From NCBI RefSeq assembly GCF_001194135.2, contig NC_068985.1, positions 127,412,060 to 127,476,059 of the forward strand: DNA of 64,000 nucleotides, given 5' to 3'. Made by a program: the position numbers and the translations under genes. Under the pieces are notes generated by a model. The model did not search any database and was not told where the DNA came from. It worked only from the letters and a program-made list of their open reading frames with translations. Below are positions 26,373 through 39,659 of this stretch, piece after piece. Source of the stretch: Octopus bimaculoides. Taxonomy: Eukaryota. Numbering within the stretch: the stretch's first letter is position 1; each line of letters starts with the position of its first letter.

Positions 26373-28342
26373 TACAACAGGCTTCTTTCAGTTTCCATCT
26401 ACCAAATCCACTCACAAGGCTTTGGTTGGCTGGCCCAAGGCTATAGTATAAAACACTTGCCCAAGGTGACACACAATGGAACTGAACCCAGAGCTATGTG
26501 GTTAGGAAGCAAGCTTCTTACCACACAGCCATACCAATATATTCTATCAGGATCTTTTGCCAAATCAGTTAGTTATGGGGAGTTAAACAAATCAAAATGG
26601 TTGTCAAGTGGTTGGGGAGAGGGGATTGAAAAAAAAAAAAGCAAACACATATATGACAGGCTTTTAATCAGTGTCTATCTACTGATTGAAACTGATTTCA
26701 ATCAGTAGATAGTGTAATTTACTAAACTAAATAATTCTATGTATGATGTCTTCAATAATCTTTATTATAGGGAAAACATATATAAGTGAAATAATCAGTA
26801 CTTTTTCTTCTTGAGTTAGTACTCAGCAATATCCATCAATGGGGTAAGATTAGGCTTAATACTTCAGGAAAACATCAAGATGAATGATATCTATACCCTC
26901 TCCATGTAACAAAGTGAGGTGAGAGAGATCAAGCAAATTTACAGAATGACCAATTCACTCAGATGTTACCTTTTTATGTTCTTAAAACTTTAATCAATTA
27001 CAGTGTAACGAAATCTTTATTCTTTTTTTTTGTTTTTGGTCTGTAAGTGTTATTTTCTATTTACTTCTATCTTGAAATCAAAGGAAATGAATACTATTTC
27101 CTTCAAATTTTGATTCGTGACCTGAACATCAATGTTTTGAAACTGACCTATTTTCCATTATATTTCAGACTGATTCAATCCTGAGTTGCTGAAGCAGAAT
27201 TTTCTAGAACTTTCAAGAAGACTCAAGAATTTCTAGAATGTTCTGGCAACATAGATGGCAATATAAATACAGAGATAAGTAGAGACCTCAGCACAAATTT
27301 AGCAGGAATTTGAAGAGGATGATGTGGAATGTGTTTACTGAGCAAATGAGTAAAGCATGTAAGATTTGTAAACCACAATGTCCATTCAAATATTTATAAC
27401 ATTTTAAGATCAAATTCTACTTGTAACTCCTAATTAAATCTTGATTATATATCATTTCATCAAGTTAAAACAAAAGCTTATCTTCCAGACTCTTCCAGCA
27501 TCCAGAGCTGTTTGATATCTTTACATTTTTGTATCACTAAGATAATTTATCAATAGATTAATAAACTAATGATTGATCTATAAACTTTTATCTTTTGCTT
27601 GCAACACTCTACAAATTTATATGGGAAAACGAACAATATTGTATGATCTTCACACCTACTGAATTATTTAATTATTTTCAGTTAAGACATTGAAACCATG
27701 TCATAACTACAGCTTGCACAAATTTTACTTCTTGATCTAAAGAAAAGCTTTTCATAGGAAAAAGGCAGGCTCCTCTATAGTGGGAGACTGTGAGAACTGA
27801 AAAGGTGATATACAAATTGCCATGTTTAATAAAATTATGAGGTTTTAAACATCTTTAACTTGTCCAACAACATGGAAAAGAATGAAGAAATATATGGACA
27901 CATGCTCTTCTCACTAATAAAGAGTTGGGAACAAAAAATTTATTTAATATTTCTTTGATGGTTGTGGACCTGGTATTTGTCAGTAAAAATCACCGATCTA
28001 AAGTACATTCCTCTGTAAAATAATACTGATTTCTTTTTGGATGTCATTTCTGTAGTGGGATGGAATGGGATGCTGTAGATTGACTCAATACCAATATATT
28101 GTTAATAATTAATTTAATGCCCTTCCCCCTCCTTCTGATATTGGAGGAAGGAAGGGCATTAAATTTAACCCAGAGTAAAACCAAATACTGCAAGCTGTTT
28201 AGTTTGGTACTCTACCATTTATGCAACATGTTAACTTTCATAAATAACAGAAAATAAAAGCAAATGAAGAAGTTCATTCTCAAAATAATTTTTATATTAT
28301 TTAACGTCTTGTACTAGAAAAAATACCATTTACTAATATTTT

Positions 28343-29040
28343 TCATATCTTTGTCATGAAAGACTTCAAAAGAGTGTCAGCAGCAAACCCGGGATTAATA
28401 ATCCGATGAGACACTTTTTGTTCTAATTCAGGAAGTTGCTCCTTCACATGTGGATGATTTTTGAATATATCTAGAATCTTACTCTGGATGTAGTTCCACA
28501 TCCATATTTTATGCTGTGCATCTCGCTTTTGTAACAGCTCTCCATTCTCTGAAAGTTTATTTCTAAAATCAGTCATATGTGACCAAAGTTCTTTTATTCC
28601 TTGTTTCTGAATAGAAGAAATTCGCAATACTGTTGGAGTCCACACTGAACTTTTCCTCTGTAAATATTTCAGTGCACTTAAATATTCTCCTTGAATCCTT
28701 CTGGCAGCAGGTGCAAGATCGCCATCAGATTTATTTATTACAACAATATCAGCTACTTCAATAATTCCCTTTTTGATTCCCTGTAATTCGTCACCACTAG
28801 CTGGAGGAATTACTAAACAAAACATATCCACCATATCAGACACCATAAATTCAGACTGACCCACACCAATTGTTTCAATAAGGATTATGTTGTAGCCAGC
28901 ACTTTCACAGAGCAGGACAGCTTCATTTGTTGTTCTTGTTACACCACCTAGGTTTCCTTTAGCAGGGGATGGTCTGATGTATGCATTTTCATCTACTGAA
29001 AGCATTGGCATACGAGTCTTATCACCAAGTAAAGAACCAC
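28343..29040 (-). CDS. MMAA: MMAA (methylmalonic aciduria type A / MeaB GTPase) coding exon 2, to stop TGA
   Basis: Acceptor tttatag|GT. Encodes [47 protein letters not shown] and NKSD, all diagnostic MMAA/MeaB motifs. Confidence 0.95.
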
Positions 29041-30081
29041 CTATAAATTAAAGAGAAAGAGAGACCAAAATTAATAATTATATAAACATATTAACATTCT
29101 GAATACATTAACAAATGATTGTCAAGCCAAGTGAAATCATGGTTGTGGTCATTGCCAGTGTCATGTAAATGGTACCCATGCTGACAGCACATAAAAAGCA
29201 CCCATTACTCTCTTGGAGTGGCTGATGTTAGGAAGGACATCCAGCGGTAAAAACCATGCCAAATCAGACTGGAACCTGGTGCAGATCTCTGGCTTACCAG
29301 TTCCAGTCAAACCATCTAACCCATGCCAGCATGGAAAGCAGGCATTAAATGATGATGATCATCATCATCAGGATAGTAATTGTGATACTTAAGTACTTAT
29401 TTACTTTCTTACTTTAACCATTTGCTCCATATGGAGCCCATCAACAATTTTTTCCTGTTTTCAATTCTGGGCTGTCTTTTCTGCTTCTCTGTTGGACTCC
29501 TGCCTGTTCAGCCCTGCCCCAGTATCCTACCTCCATCTATTTTTAGGGCATCCTCTCTTCCACATCCCTTGTGGGCATATATTTTCCTGAGAGAAGATTT
29601 TCCTCTACCAGGTCTTGTCAGCAACTCTGTTTTTTTTCCAGGTTTGCTCTATGCAAACCTATTTTTCTCTCTGGGAAGGGGTGGTCCACATTAGTGTGAC
29701 CTCTATCTTTTCATCTGTCCAACAAAGGAGGTCTACAAGGAGCTTGTGCTCCACTGGCATAGCTCTCAGGTCATTGAGACACACAAGTCACAGCACTGCA
29801 ACAAGGACTGCACTTTGTGATGGCACATAAAATACACCATTTTTTAGCATGACCGTTGCCAGTACCGCCTGACTGGCCTTCATAGGATTTTCGAGCGAGA
29901 TCGTTGCCAGTGCCCCTGGACTGGCTCTTGTGCAGGTGGCACATAAAATACACCATCTTGAGTGTGGCCGTTGCCAGTACCGCCTGACTGGCCTTCATGC
30001 CGATGGCATGTAAAAGCACCCACTACACTCTCTGAGTGGTTGGCGTTTAGGAAGGGCATCCAGCTGTAGATACTCTGTCAA

Positions 30082-30655
30082 ATGCTGTGCGTGAGAAAAC
30101 CCAGCAAGCCAAGTGAGATCTAAATCTAAGGCCTCAGCCAGTCCACTTAGGCGTACCTTCCTTCATTGGACACTAAACTCTACTTGTGAAGACCTGCTGA
30201 GGCAAGTGAAATCGAAATAGAGTTAAATTGGACACAAAACTCAGCTTGCGAAGACTTATTGGAGCAAGCGAAAGCGAAAGCGAATTTGTGATGGCACCTG
30301 TGCCCAGCATCGCCTTTCTGGCACTTGTGCCTGCGGCATGTCTAAGGACTTTCGAGCGAGATCGTTGCCAGTGCCCCTGGACTGGCTCTTGTGTGGATGG
30401 CACATAAAATACACCATTTTGAGCGTGGCCATTGCCAGTACCACCAGACTGGCCTTCGTGCGGGTGATACGTAAAAGCACTCACTACACTCTGAGTGGTT
30501 GGCATTAGGAAGGGCATCCAGCCGTAGAAACTCTGCCAAATCAGATTGGAGCCTGGTGTAGCCATCTGGTTTCACCAGTCCTCTGTCAAATCGTCCAACC
30601 CATGCTAGCATGGAAAGCGGATGTTAAACGACGACGATGATGATGATGATGATAC
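30082..30655 (+). mobile_element. Near full-length RTE 3'UTR copy starting at the last ORF2 codons (AVREKTQQAK*)
   Basis: Matches the reverse complement of 59285-59920 and ends in (GAT)n. Preceded head-to-tail by a tail-less partial copy at ~29750-30080. Confidence 0.8.
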
Positions 30656-31089
30656 TTAAGTAGTACGGCTGATGCTCCCAAATACACATATTGCAGTCTT
30701 TTCATTATCATATTGTTTTTACTTCTGCTTTTTTCAGGCTTGCATGGGTTAGACAAAACTTTTTGATGCTCTTCCTGAAGCCAGCCTATGATTTCAATTA
30801 AGCTAATTTATTTCACACCTTCACGCCTTGAACCAACAAATTGCAGGACAGTGTTGCCCAGGTGGTGTACATATGAAGATCAGTGAAGACTAAAACACAC
30901 ACACTCACATATACATACAATATAGGCTTTCATGCAGTTTCTGTTTAAGTCAACCTTAGTCTATAATTGAAGGCACTTGTCCAAGATGCTACACAATGGG
31001 ATCAAACCTCAAACCACATGCTTGCAAAAACTACTACTACTACACACACACAAGCTGAACCCAACCATGATTTCATAATTCATTCTGGA

Positions 31090-32660
31090 CTGCCGGATAG
31101 TCAGAGAGGATTGAGATGTTGTGGGAGAGAAGTGTGTATGAATGGGGAATGACATGCTTGTGCTTAGTGATTCTGAAAAGAAAAGGGCATGGAAGAACTA
31201 CTATGAAAGGCTATTAAATATGGAAAAGGAATGGGAGAAAGAAAGTCTCCCACATATGAACCGACAGAGGCACCAGCTATCCTAGTTGACACAGTAAGGC
31301 AATTAAAGATATGAAAACCGAGAAAGCCCCTGGTCCATCAGAAATCACTGCTGAGATGCTTAAAATATCCGGTGGAGTAGGATATGGTCTAGTCACCTGT
31401 ATAGTTAATCAGGTTGTTTAGCAAGGCATAATTCCCAGTGACTAATGTAGCAGCATTAGCTACTACAAGAGTAAAGAAGATGCCTCAGATAGAAGGAATT
31501 ATAGAGGCATCAAACTGCTGGACCAGTTGATGAAAGTTACAGAGAGTTATAACCCAATTAACTGGGAAAAGAATTAGATTAGATGAAATGTGGTTTGGCT
31601 TTGTCCAAAGGAAAAGCACTTCTGATGCTATATTTACTGTCAGGCAACTTCAGGAGAAGTATTTAACTAAGAATAAGCCATTGTACTTGGCATTTATTTA
31701 TCTGGAGAAAGCCTTCGACAGAGTACCTTGCTCTGTGATGTGATGCTCTCTGAGAAAGCTAAGGGTAGATGAATGGATTGTGAAAGCAGTACAAGCTGTG
31801 TACAAAGGTGCTGTTAGTAAGGTAAGAACAAGCCATGAGTACAATGATGAATTTAGCGGGAAGGTAGGTGTTCACCAAAGCTACAGTCCCTCAATACTAG
31901 TTTCCACTCCCAGTTGAGGAGTTCTTGTCTTTCAAGTTACCTGGTGATCCTGTCAGTGCTGGTGCCAAGTAAAAAGCACTGGTGCTGGTTCTGCATAAAA
32001 AGCACTCAGTTTTTAAAGTGATTGGCATTAGGAAGGGCACCCAGCTGTAGAAACCATGCCAAAAAAGACTATGGAATTTGGTGCAGCTCATGGCCTAGCC
32101 AACTCCAGTCAAACTGTCCAATCCATGCCAGTATGGAAAACGGACATTAAATGATGATGATGATGGTGATTTACAAATTTTGCTTAAATCAGTATTTGAA
32201 CAGTAAGAATAGTGAAGCAGTGAAGTCTTTCAATTGTCCAGAAGGCTTCCAAGATGTAGTTGATAGCTTCTGTTACTTAGCAAAAGCAAGTTCAGAGTGG
32301 AGGTGGAAATCACAATAGCATAGTAATAAGAATAAGGATGGAGGGAGGGAAAGCAATTCAGTGAGCTACCACTTCTGTTGGCAACAAAGGTAAGTTTTCT
32401 ATGATGCCTGCTCGAGTATAAAATGCAATATTACATGGAAACGGGGCATAGGCACTGAATGTGAAGGATGTGTGAAGGTTAGAAAGAAATGATAGATGAA
32501 GAAGAGGAGGAGTGTGTAAAGAGGGAAGACTGCGCTGGTTATGGAAATGTGGTGCATGTGAAGAATGTTAGTTGGGCATATAAAATGCCAAATGATGCAA
32601 GTAGAAAGTGCTTGAGAAGAACAAGGTTGAAGAACTGATAAAGTCTAACCTCATGGTATC
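31090..32660 (+). mobile_element. Decayed RTE-clade LINE ORF2 (RT to C-terminus) in the MMAA intron, interrupted by a LINE-tail copy at ~31880-32170
   Basis: KAPGPSEITAEMLK, NYRGIKLLDQ, FGF..RKSTSDAIFTVRQLQEK, LEKAFDRVP, VGVHQ, VVDSFCYL, LERND and RLRWYG, with many stops and frameshifts. Confidence 0.85.
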
Positions 32661-34550
32661 AACTCTTACAAAGGGGAGGATAAAAGACAGCAACAAGTGA
32701 TGAGATGTAAACAAACTTATCTCATTCAAAACAGCAGAATAAAAGAAAGCAAAGGGGATCAACAAAAAACTGTCTGTCAGAGACCTCAATTCTTTTGTAG
32801 TTCTATTGTTTCAGCAAATTGTTTGACTTCAACAAAAATCTACACTTATGAAAAAGTTGTCAAAATTACATTGTGAAAAAATCAAACATATAGACAAATA
32901 AAAAAAAATACATATATTACCTCACAATCATGCAGACGAAGGTAAAGTGCAATGATAGGATGGTTTTAACAACCACCTATCAAACAATGATACCACATTC
33001 TAGCAAGTGCTTGACACAAATAACTATACACAAAACCCACCTTATCAACAAGTTGTCAACCTAGAAGTAGATATCTAAAAAGGGTGAAGCGGAGTTTCAG
33101 ATCGAGTGCCCTATTAATACCCAATGAAAATGAAACAAAAATTGAAAAACTTTCTTATGGGGTATAGGGTTCACAATCCGAATTATTTCCAAAAAGAGAA
33201 AAAAAAAAAGATGGTCACAGCTTTGCTTAAATGCTTTTGACTATAGGTCTACTACGTCAGCTGTGAATTAGGATAAAATTATACCACTCATACGATACTT
33301 GATGAATCAAATCAAGTAATTACGAAAGAAATTTCCTAACAGTGAATAATTTTTTTCTTTTATCCAAAACATGCTTTCATTTTGTTTACTATGTTTTCCA
33401 GTTATATAAACTAGGTCGTTGTTTGTCGCTACGCTGCCGGTAAAAATATTTGTTAAGCATGTATGTACCTTAATAAATTCTCAAAATGGGAGTCTTTTTT
33501 AAAGTTTGTGCTGCGTTGTCGATATGTTGAAACAAACACACAACCCACGCACCCAAAGTAATAACTATTGCTTGTACTAACGAAAGTTAAATAAGAAATG
33601 AAACAAATTTCTTCCAAAATTAAAGCAGTTAATTTTAGTTAATGGACTTCGTCTCAGATCAGAATGACTGCCGAACTAGATGTAAGAAAAAGTCTTAAAA
33701 TAAATAAATAAAATGAAAGGGTTAGGGTGGGAATGCCGTTGAGTTGTAGATCTACTCCATTGGCGCTGCCCTAAAATAAATAACAACGTAGTTTATGGTA
33801 CTGTTTAATGATGTTAAACTATATTTAACACGACTATTTTTCATGTCACTGATTAAGTATTAAAGAGATATATATAGGTTAGCTTGCACTTTCAAATGTG
33901 TATTTCGGTTCGCTGACATAATTTCTCTCACCTCCCTACGTTCAAAATAGACCTTGTTATTTATACTCGTGCCTCACTTTAATTTAAGGATCGATGTCAT
34001 AATAAATTTCAGGCATCTTACACGTTTATTTATAATATTCAACTTTTACGCATACTGTTACTGGTTAACTATAGCCAAACTCTGAACGAGTTACTGCCAC
34101 GTTCGATCGGCCGTCTTAAGGTATCAGCACATGGAGCAGTGGTCCCGGAGTCACAGTGCTAACCTGGGTATGCTGTGACCTGCTGTCAAGTAAATATTAT
34201 AGAAGATCCCTCTCCCATTGTTTAATCCTGGGCCCATGATGCTGTTACAACGGCCTTACCTCTTTTCTTCTTTCTTAGTCCATCCATGACTAAGTTATCT
34301 AAGGTCTCCTTTTTGGGGTGCTTAACCCAGAATTGTGCCTAAGTGTGATTTAAGAGAGATTAAGCTGTTATTTCTTGCAGGTATAATAATTGCGTAGCGT
34401 TGAAAGCTTTATCGTTATTGTTTATTTATAACCTAAGGGTAACCGATTGAACTAATCTGTGAATTAAGCCATTCCGGTGATGGTCATCCTATCTCTTAGT
34501 GGTATGTAGGACTACAATCTAGTAAGGTAGAAGTGGTTTGGTTACGAATA

Positions 34551-36611
34551 CTCTCTAACTTCTGTCGATGATATGTCGATGATATACATACATACATATA
34601 TGTGTAAAAAAATTTCATCACGCAATCGAACCAATGAAAGAGCCTCTACCTGGTCGCTCGACACGCTAAAAATAGCAGCCAAAGAATCCCCCTACCTAAA
34701 TCAGATGCCCATTGTATGTAATGTCCAAGATTATCCCTAAAAAGACGGTTTGCTGAAGGCTGGAATGTCTTTAGTGATAGGTTTGCTGTATCAGGGTTGA
34801 TTTAAGGCTAAATAACAACAAAATTATTATTGAGACAGACCAACGACGGAGCTTGTATGTGGTTGCATGACCTGCTAGAAAAAGTAGCCAAACTTTTCTT
34901 TTTATATACAGAATAGAAAAACCTCTCTCCTGTGATATACACATAGAGTCCATTATGTCTGGGAAGAAAGACGGAATGGTCACAGTTGGGACGTTTTTTA
35001 CGTATCTGTTCAATCAGATCCAACTCGGGACTAAACAAGTGACGGAAGGAACAAGACGAGGCAATGAGAAAGCCTTTACCTGGTCACTCGAGTTGCTAGA
35101 AAGTGCAACCAAATCTTCCTGAAAAAAAGAAAAATGAAATTTCCGTCTTCAAGAAAAAAAAAAAAAATTCACATTTATATTATTTTATAATGTTTGCTTA
35201 GGAATTCATTACTTCTAAAAAAGAATAAGACAAAATGGTCATGGCTGGAACGCCTTTTCTCACAGATCCATTACAATCAGAGCTAACCTGTTTTTAAAAC
35301 AATATTCTTCACTGAATGATGAAGCATCTAAAATTAAAGAAAAGTTGAAAGAATAAAAGATAGCAAGTATCCATATTCCAAATATAGGGATTCCCTTGAC
35401 TGGTGTAATTTATTCAGATTTTCATATGAAATAAATAGAAAATGCTATGGGAACTCAGTACATATTATGGCTAATATCCAGTGTTGTACGAGAGTACTTT
35501 CACGGACCTTACAGATTTTTTAATTATTATTTTTTTTTTTTGGATCTTTATGATTTGACGGGCAACATTTTTTATGTAGTGTTTTTGGTACCGAAACACT
35601 TTCAAACTTCGAATACTTGTATATTTTGGGATCTTTTTTAAAACGGGGGCCACATTTTTCATTAATGTTTTATGTAGTGTTTTTGGTACGGAAAGACTTT
35701 CAAACTTCGTATACTTATCTATTTTGTGTTATAGAACAGAAAAATATTTTTGTATTCGAATTTATTTCATGTAAAAAATTGTCTTATTTCGANNNNNNNN
35801 NNTTTTTTCATTTTCTTTTTTTTTTCTTCGTTTTATTTGCTTTTTTCTTTTTAAATTTGCTGTTTTACCCTAACCCTAACCCTATCACCGATAGAATTGT
35901 TTCAGAATCGTTTGTTTATGTAGTCGGCACTTAATGTATATCGGCTGAATGGACGTCAGTGATTGGTTGAAATTACAGAAATACGACAACTTTAACATGG
36001 AATAACTTAGGGATTTCTTTTTTTTTAAAGAAGACTAAGAGAAAAAGATGTTTTATATGACACATTCTACCAGTGTTCCAAGTTTCAAAGTGTTTCGTTA
36101 ATGAAAAATGTGGCCCCCGTTTTAAAAAAGATCCATGAGGTGAAAACAATTACGCCGTGGAATGTAAACAGCAGTGTTTGTCCGTCAAATCATAAAGATC
36201 CTTTTTTTTTAACTAAACAGTTTGAAACTTTGGATGCTGGTTGAATGTGTCAGATGTTTTTCTATTCTGTATATAAAAAAAGTTTGGCTACTTTTTGTAG
36301 CAGGTCATGCAACAACATACAGGCTCCATTGTTGGTGTCTCAGTAATAATTTTGTTGTTATTTAGCCTCAAATCAACCCTAATACAACAAACCTATCATC
36401 AACGACATTCCCGCCTTCAGCAAACCGCCTTCTTAGGGATAATCTTGGACATTACATACAATGGGCGTGTGATTTAGATAGGGGGATACTTTGGCTGCTA
36501 TTTTTAGCTTGTCGAGCGACCAGGTAGAGGCTCTTTCATTAGTTCGATTGTGTGATGAGATTTTTTTACACATATATGTATGTATATGTATCATCGACAG
36601 AAGTTAGAGAG
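34551..36611. mobile_element. Long-TIR non-autonomous element with TA flanks and nested insertions
   Basis: Arms 34551-34920 and ~36257-36611 are reverse complements (e.g. CTCTACCTGGTCGCTCGAC / GTCGAGCGACCAGGTAGAG); TA lies outside both ends. Confidence 0.75.
35629..36134. mobile_element. MITE with perfect 37-bp TIRs (GGATC termini)
   Basis: GGATCTTTTTTAAAACGGGGGCCACATTTTTCATTAA occurs at both ends, inverted; internal CCCTAA repeats; spans a 10-N gap. Confidence 0.8.
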
Positions 36612-38182
36612 TAAGTCAAAAGGTGAGAGTTTCGTGTATTGGCACTTATCAAACACGAATATGGCCATTGTCACTCTGTAACTTCTGCCTATTATTAACG
36701 TGTGTGTGTGTGTGTGTATCATCATCATCATCATCATCATCGTTTAACGNNNNNNNNNNNNNNNNNNNNNNNNNNNNNNNNNNNNNNNNNNNNNNNNNNN
36801 NNNNNNNNNNNNNNNNNNNNNNNNNNNNNNNNNNNNNNNNNNNNNNNNNTGGACACATTCTCATATATGTTTCTATAAAAACATCTCTGGTTATTAAAGA
36901 AAGGTTTTGTTAGGGGAGATTTTTAGTTTAAATTTTTCTGTTGTCGAAGACTCATTGTTTTGTCAATGGACCCGGAAGTTGTTGTTCGCAAACAGCAGCA
37001 ATTTTCTTCAGCTGAATACACGTCATTGATTAGTTAAAATTACCCAAATACAACAACTTTAACACGAAATAACTTCAAAAACATTAAGTGTAAGCCCTGT
37101 TCTACATGACACATTCTACCAGTATCCGAAGTTTCAAAGTGTTTAGTTTTAAAGAATTAATTAAAAACTCTGTAAGTCAAATTGAATAGATCCCTAACCA
37201 GTGTGCGCAGTAAAAAATCTGATTAAAAACAATCAAGAATTTACAAACGATATTGTCGGGCCCCGCATATCATATCTGACTGGTAAAAGTAAGTTACCCC
37301 CCTTGTATCGTCCGACATGTTTGTTTATATTCTCGAGTGCCCGTTTTCAGTTAGTTTTATTTTTTAGTATAAAATATTTTAAAATAGATGAATCTTCTTA
37401 ATTTTTTGCATACTTCATTTATTTTGGATATATTTCCCATTTTCATAATTTAAAAAAAAATTAGGCGTCATTTTCTTGGAGAGGTGCGTTTCTAAAGAAC
37501 CGCCAAAGAGGGCGAAATGTTATTATAAGGGAAGATTTGGTTGTTATTTTCTAAATTACTGGATTAAACTCATAGGTAAATGCAAACACAACACTATACA
37601 AACCTACATTAAATTTTCTTACGAAAGAAACAATATACTCCGAACATATTTCATCTAATCAACATAATAGTGATTGCACCTGATTTTTGTTTCGTTGCCA
37701 ATACAAAAATATGGAGAAAAAGGTGGCGTTGACCTCTTGTCCTAGGGAGAACCAGGAGGAGGTGGGGGATTGAAATATTGAAGTTTCGATTTTTGAAAAT
37801 TTTTTTTTCAGAATCGGTATCTCCATAGCCTAAGACATGGGATTCCGTTACAAAAAAATAATTAAAGTGGGGAAGGGTTCTGTTTACATCTCCGCCATGT
37901 GAGCCACCGATAATTTTTACATATATATAGAAGCGTTTCGATATAAGCATATGACGAGTCATGGGTGTGTTTGCTCTGTCCAGTATAAATATTCTAACTC
38001 ATGACGAAATCATATATGATTTATACCGTTAAATATTTCATTTTAACTTTACAGCTGTAATATGAGAGATCGTCGACGTTACCATGCTTCTATAAATTAG
38101 GTTTCTGGTTCAATTCATACCGCTGAAATACAAAATAATCCACTTAGAAAAAAAAAAAGAAAAAAAAATGTCTCACATTTAC

Positions 38183-38621
38183 CTGTTATTTTAGAAGATG
38201 GATCAATTGGAAGGACTGCAACTTTGTGCCCCAAGCTGGTCAGATATTTTCCAAATACTTCAATGAACGTGCTTTTGCCTGCTCCTGGTGGGCCAGATAT
38301 ACCAATTCGGAACGATATAGTCGGATGTATCGAACGCATTTCTTGCTCCTGAATATATTTTAAACATTTACCTAAAAGAGACTGACCGGCTGTTTTCTTT
38401 TGCTCATTGCTAGATTCGACTAAAGTAATGCTCTGTGCTAATGACGCTCTGTTACCACTTATTATACCTTGGAATAGACTATTGACATACTGCGAAGTGA
38501 AGCCCAGTTTTGGGGCGACATTAGTGTTTATATTTCGTGATCGGAAGATCGATCGAGTTGTATCACAGCGACATTTAATTAAGTAAAATACCGAGAGAGG
38601 AACACGTTTAAACTTTTCCAT
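38183..38621 (-). CDS. MMAA: MMAA coding exon 1 (putative mitochondrial leader + P-loop)
   Basis: Encodes GNRASLAQSITLVES, Walker A GPPGAGKS and IDPSS. Donor ACAG|gtaaat, phase 1, joins exon 2 in frame (~378 aa total). Start ATG 38621 is inferred; ATG 38660 is an alternative. Confidence 0.9.
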
Positions 38622-38709
38622 CTTTCTCTTGTTTATGTTGCTGTTATCTCCCTTCAACATCAAGGAAACCCCCCCTCTCTCCCTCTCTCTCTTTTTCTCT
38701 CTCTCTTTT

Positions 38710-38748
<39 letters not shown>

Positions 38749-38909
38749 TTCCCCGTTTCAAATTTTGGCACAATGCGAACAATCTCGCGGGGAAGGAGTA
38801 AGTACATACTTTATCGACCCTGAAAGGGAAGAAAGGCACAGTCGACCTTGACAGAATTTGAACTTATAACGTGTAGAGAGAACTCTTCATATGAAATATA
38901 ACTTCTGTA

Positions 38910-39392
38910 GGGGGCAAGACTTCCTTTTGTACCCCACCAAAAACACCCCTTTTTTTATTTAATTTTTTTTTCTACACAGACACCCGTTTTCCGTTGCGGA
39001 GGATACGAATCTGCAAAAAAATTTGCAAAAATCAGTATTTTGAAATTACTACCACCACCCGCTAATTTTTTCATTTTTAACTATTTTCAGAATTTTTTTT
39101 TTTTTTTTTCAAAATATGCCGGAAAATACGGAGATTATGATTCTGAAAAAAATTTCCAAAGATTTTTTGTAGTTACGATTAGGGTTTTAGGGTTAGATTA
39201 GGTTTAGGGTATGGAAAGAAGTGAAAAAAAAATGAAGAAATTGGTGGGGGGGTGGGGCTGAAATTTCAAAATGCCGTTTTTGGCAATTATCTGGAATCTC
39301 CGTATCCGAAAACGTGGGGTGGGGGCCCCAAAAAATAATTAATTAATTAATAAAAATTTGGTTGAAAATGGGGCAGGGAGGAAGTCTTTCCT
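38910..39392. mobile_element. Palindromic MITE-like element upstream of MMAA
   Basis: Inverted ends AAGACTTCCT..CCCC / GGGG..AGGAAGTCTT, further internal inverted segments, and degenerate TTAGGG repeats at 39179-39210. Confidence 0.5.
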
Positions 39393-39659
39393 TGTAGGGT
39401 CTCAAATATTGTGAATTGAAACTCCACTTAATCAATCCTATCCAAGCAATTAGAAGACATAAACTCCTTTTCAGGGTATTTTAAAATGTAAAAGCAACAA
39501 ACGAAAGAGTTAACTTTGGTAAGCTCTAATAGTTGATACTTTTGTACAATATTGGGCAATGCAAATAGGAGCGGAATTAATCTATAAAGTCTACTGGTGA
39601 TGGCCATATTTAAACTGTCCAGGAAAGTATATTTCACTCTGTTGACACTCTGAAGTAAT

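Noticed and set aside
38622-38807. 62-aa N-terminal extension of MMAA in the ORF track
   Set aside because: It reads through a SINE remnant and a (GA)n microsatellite (ERERE); unlikely to be coding.
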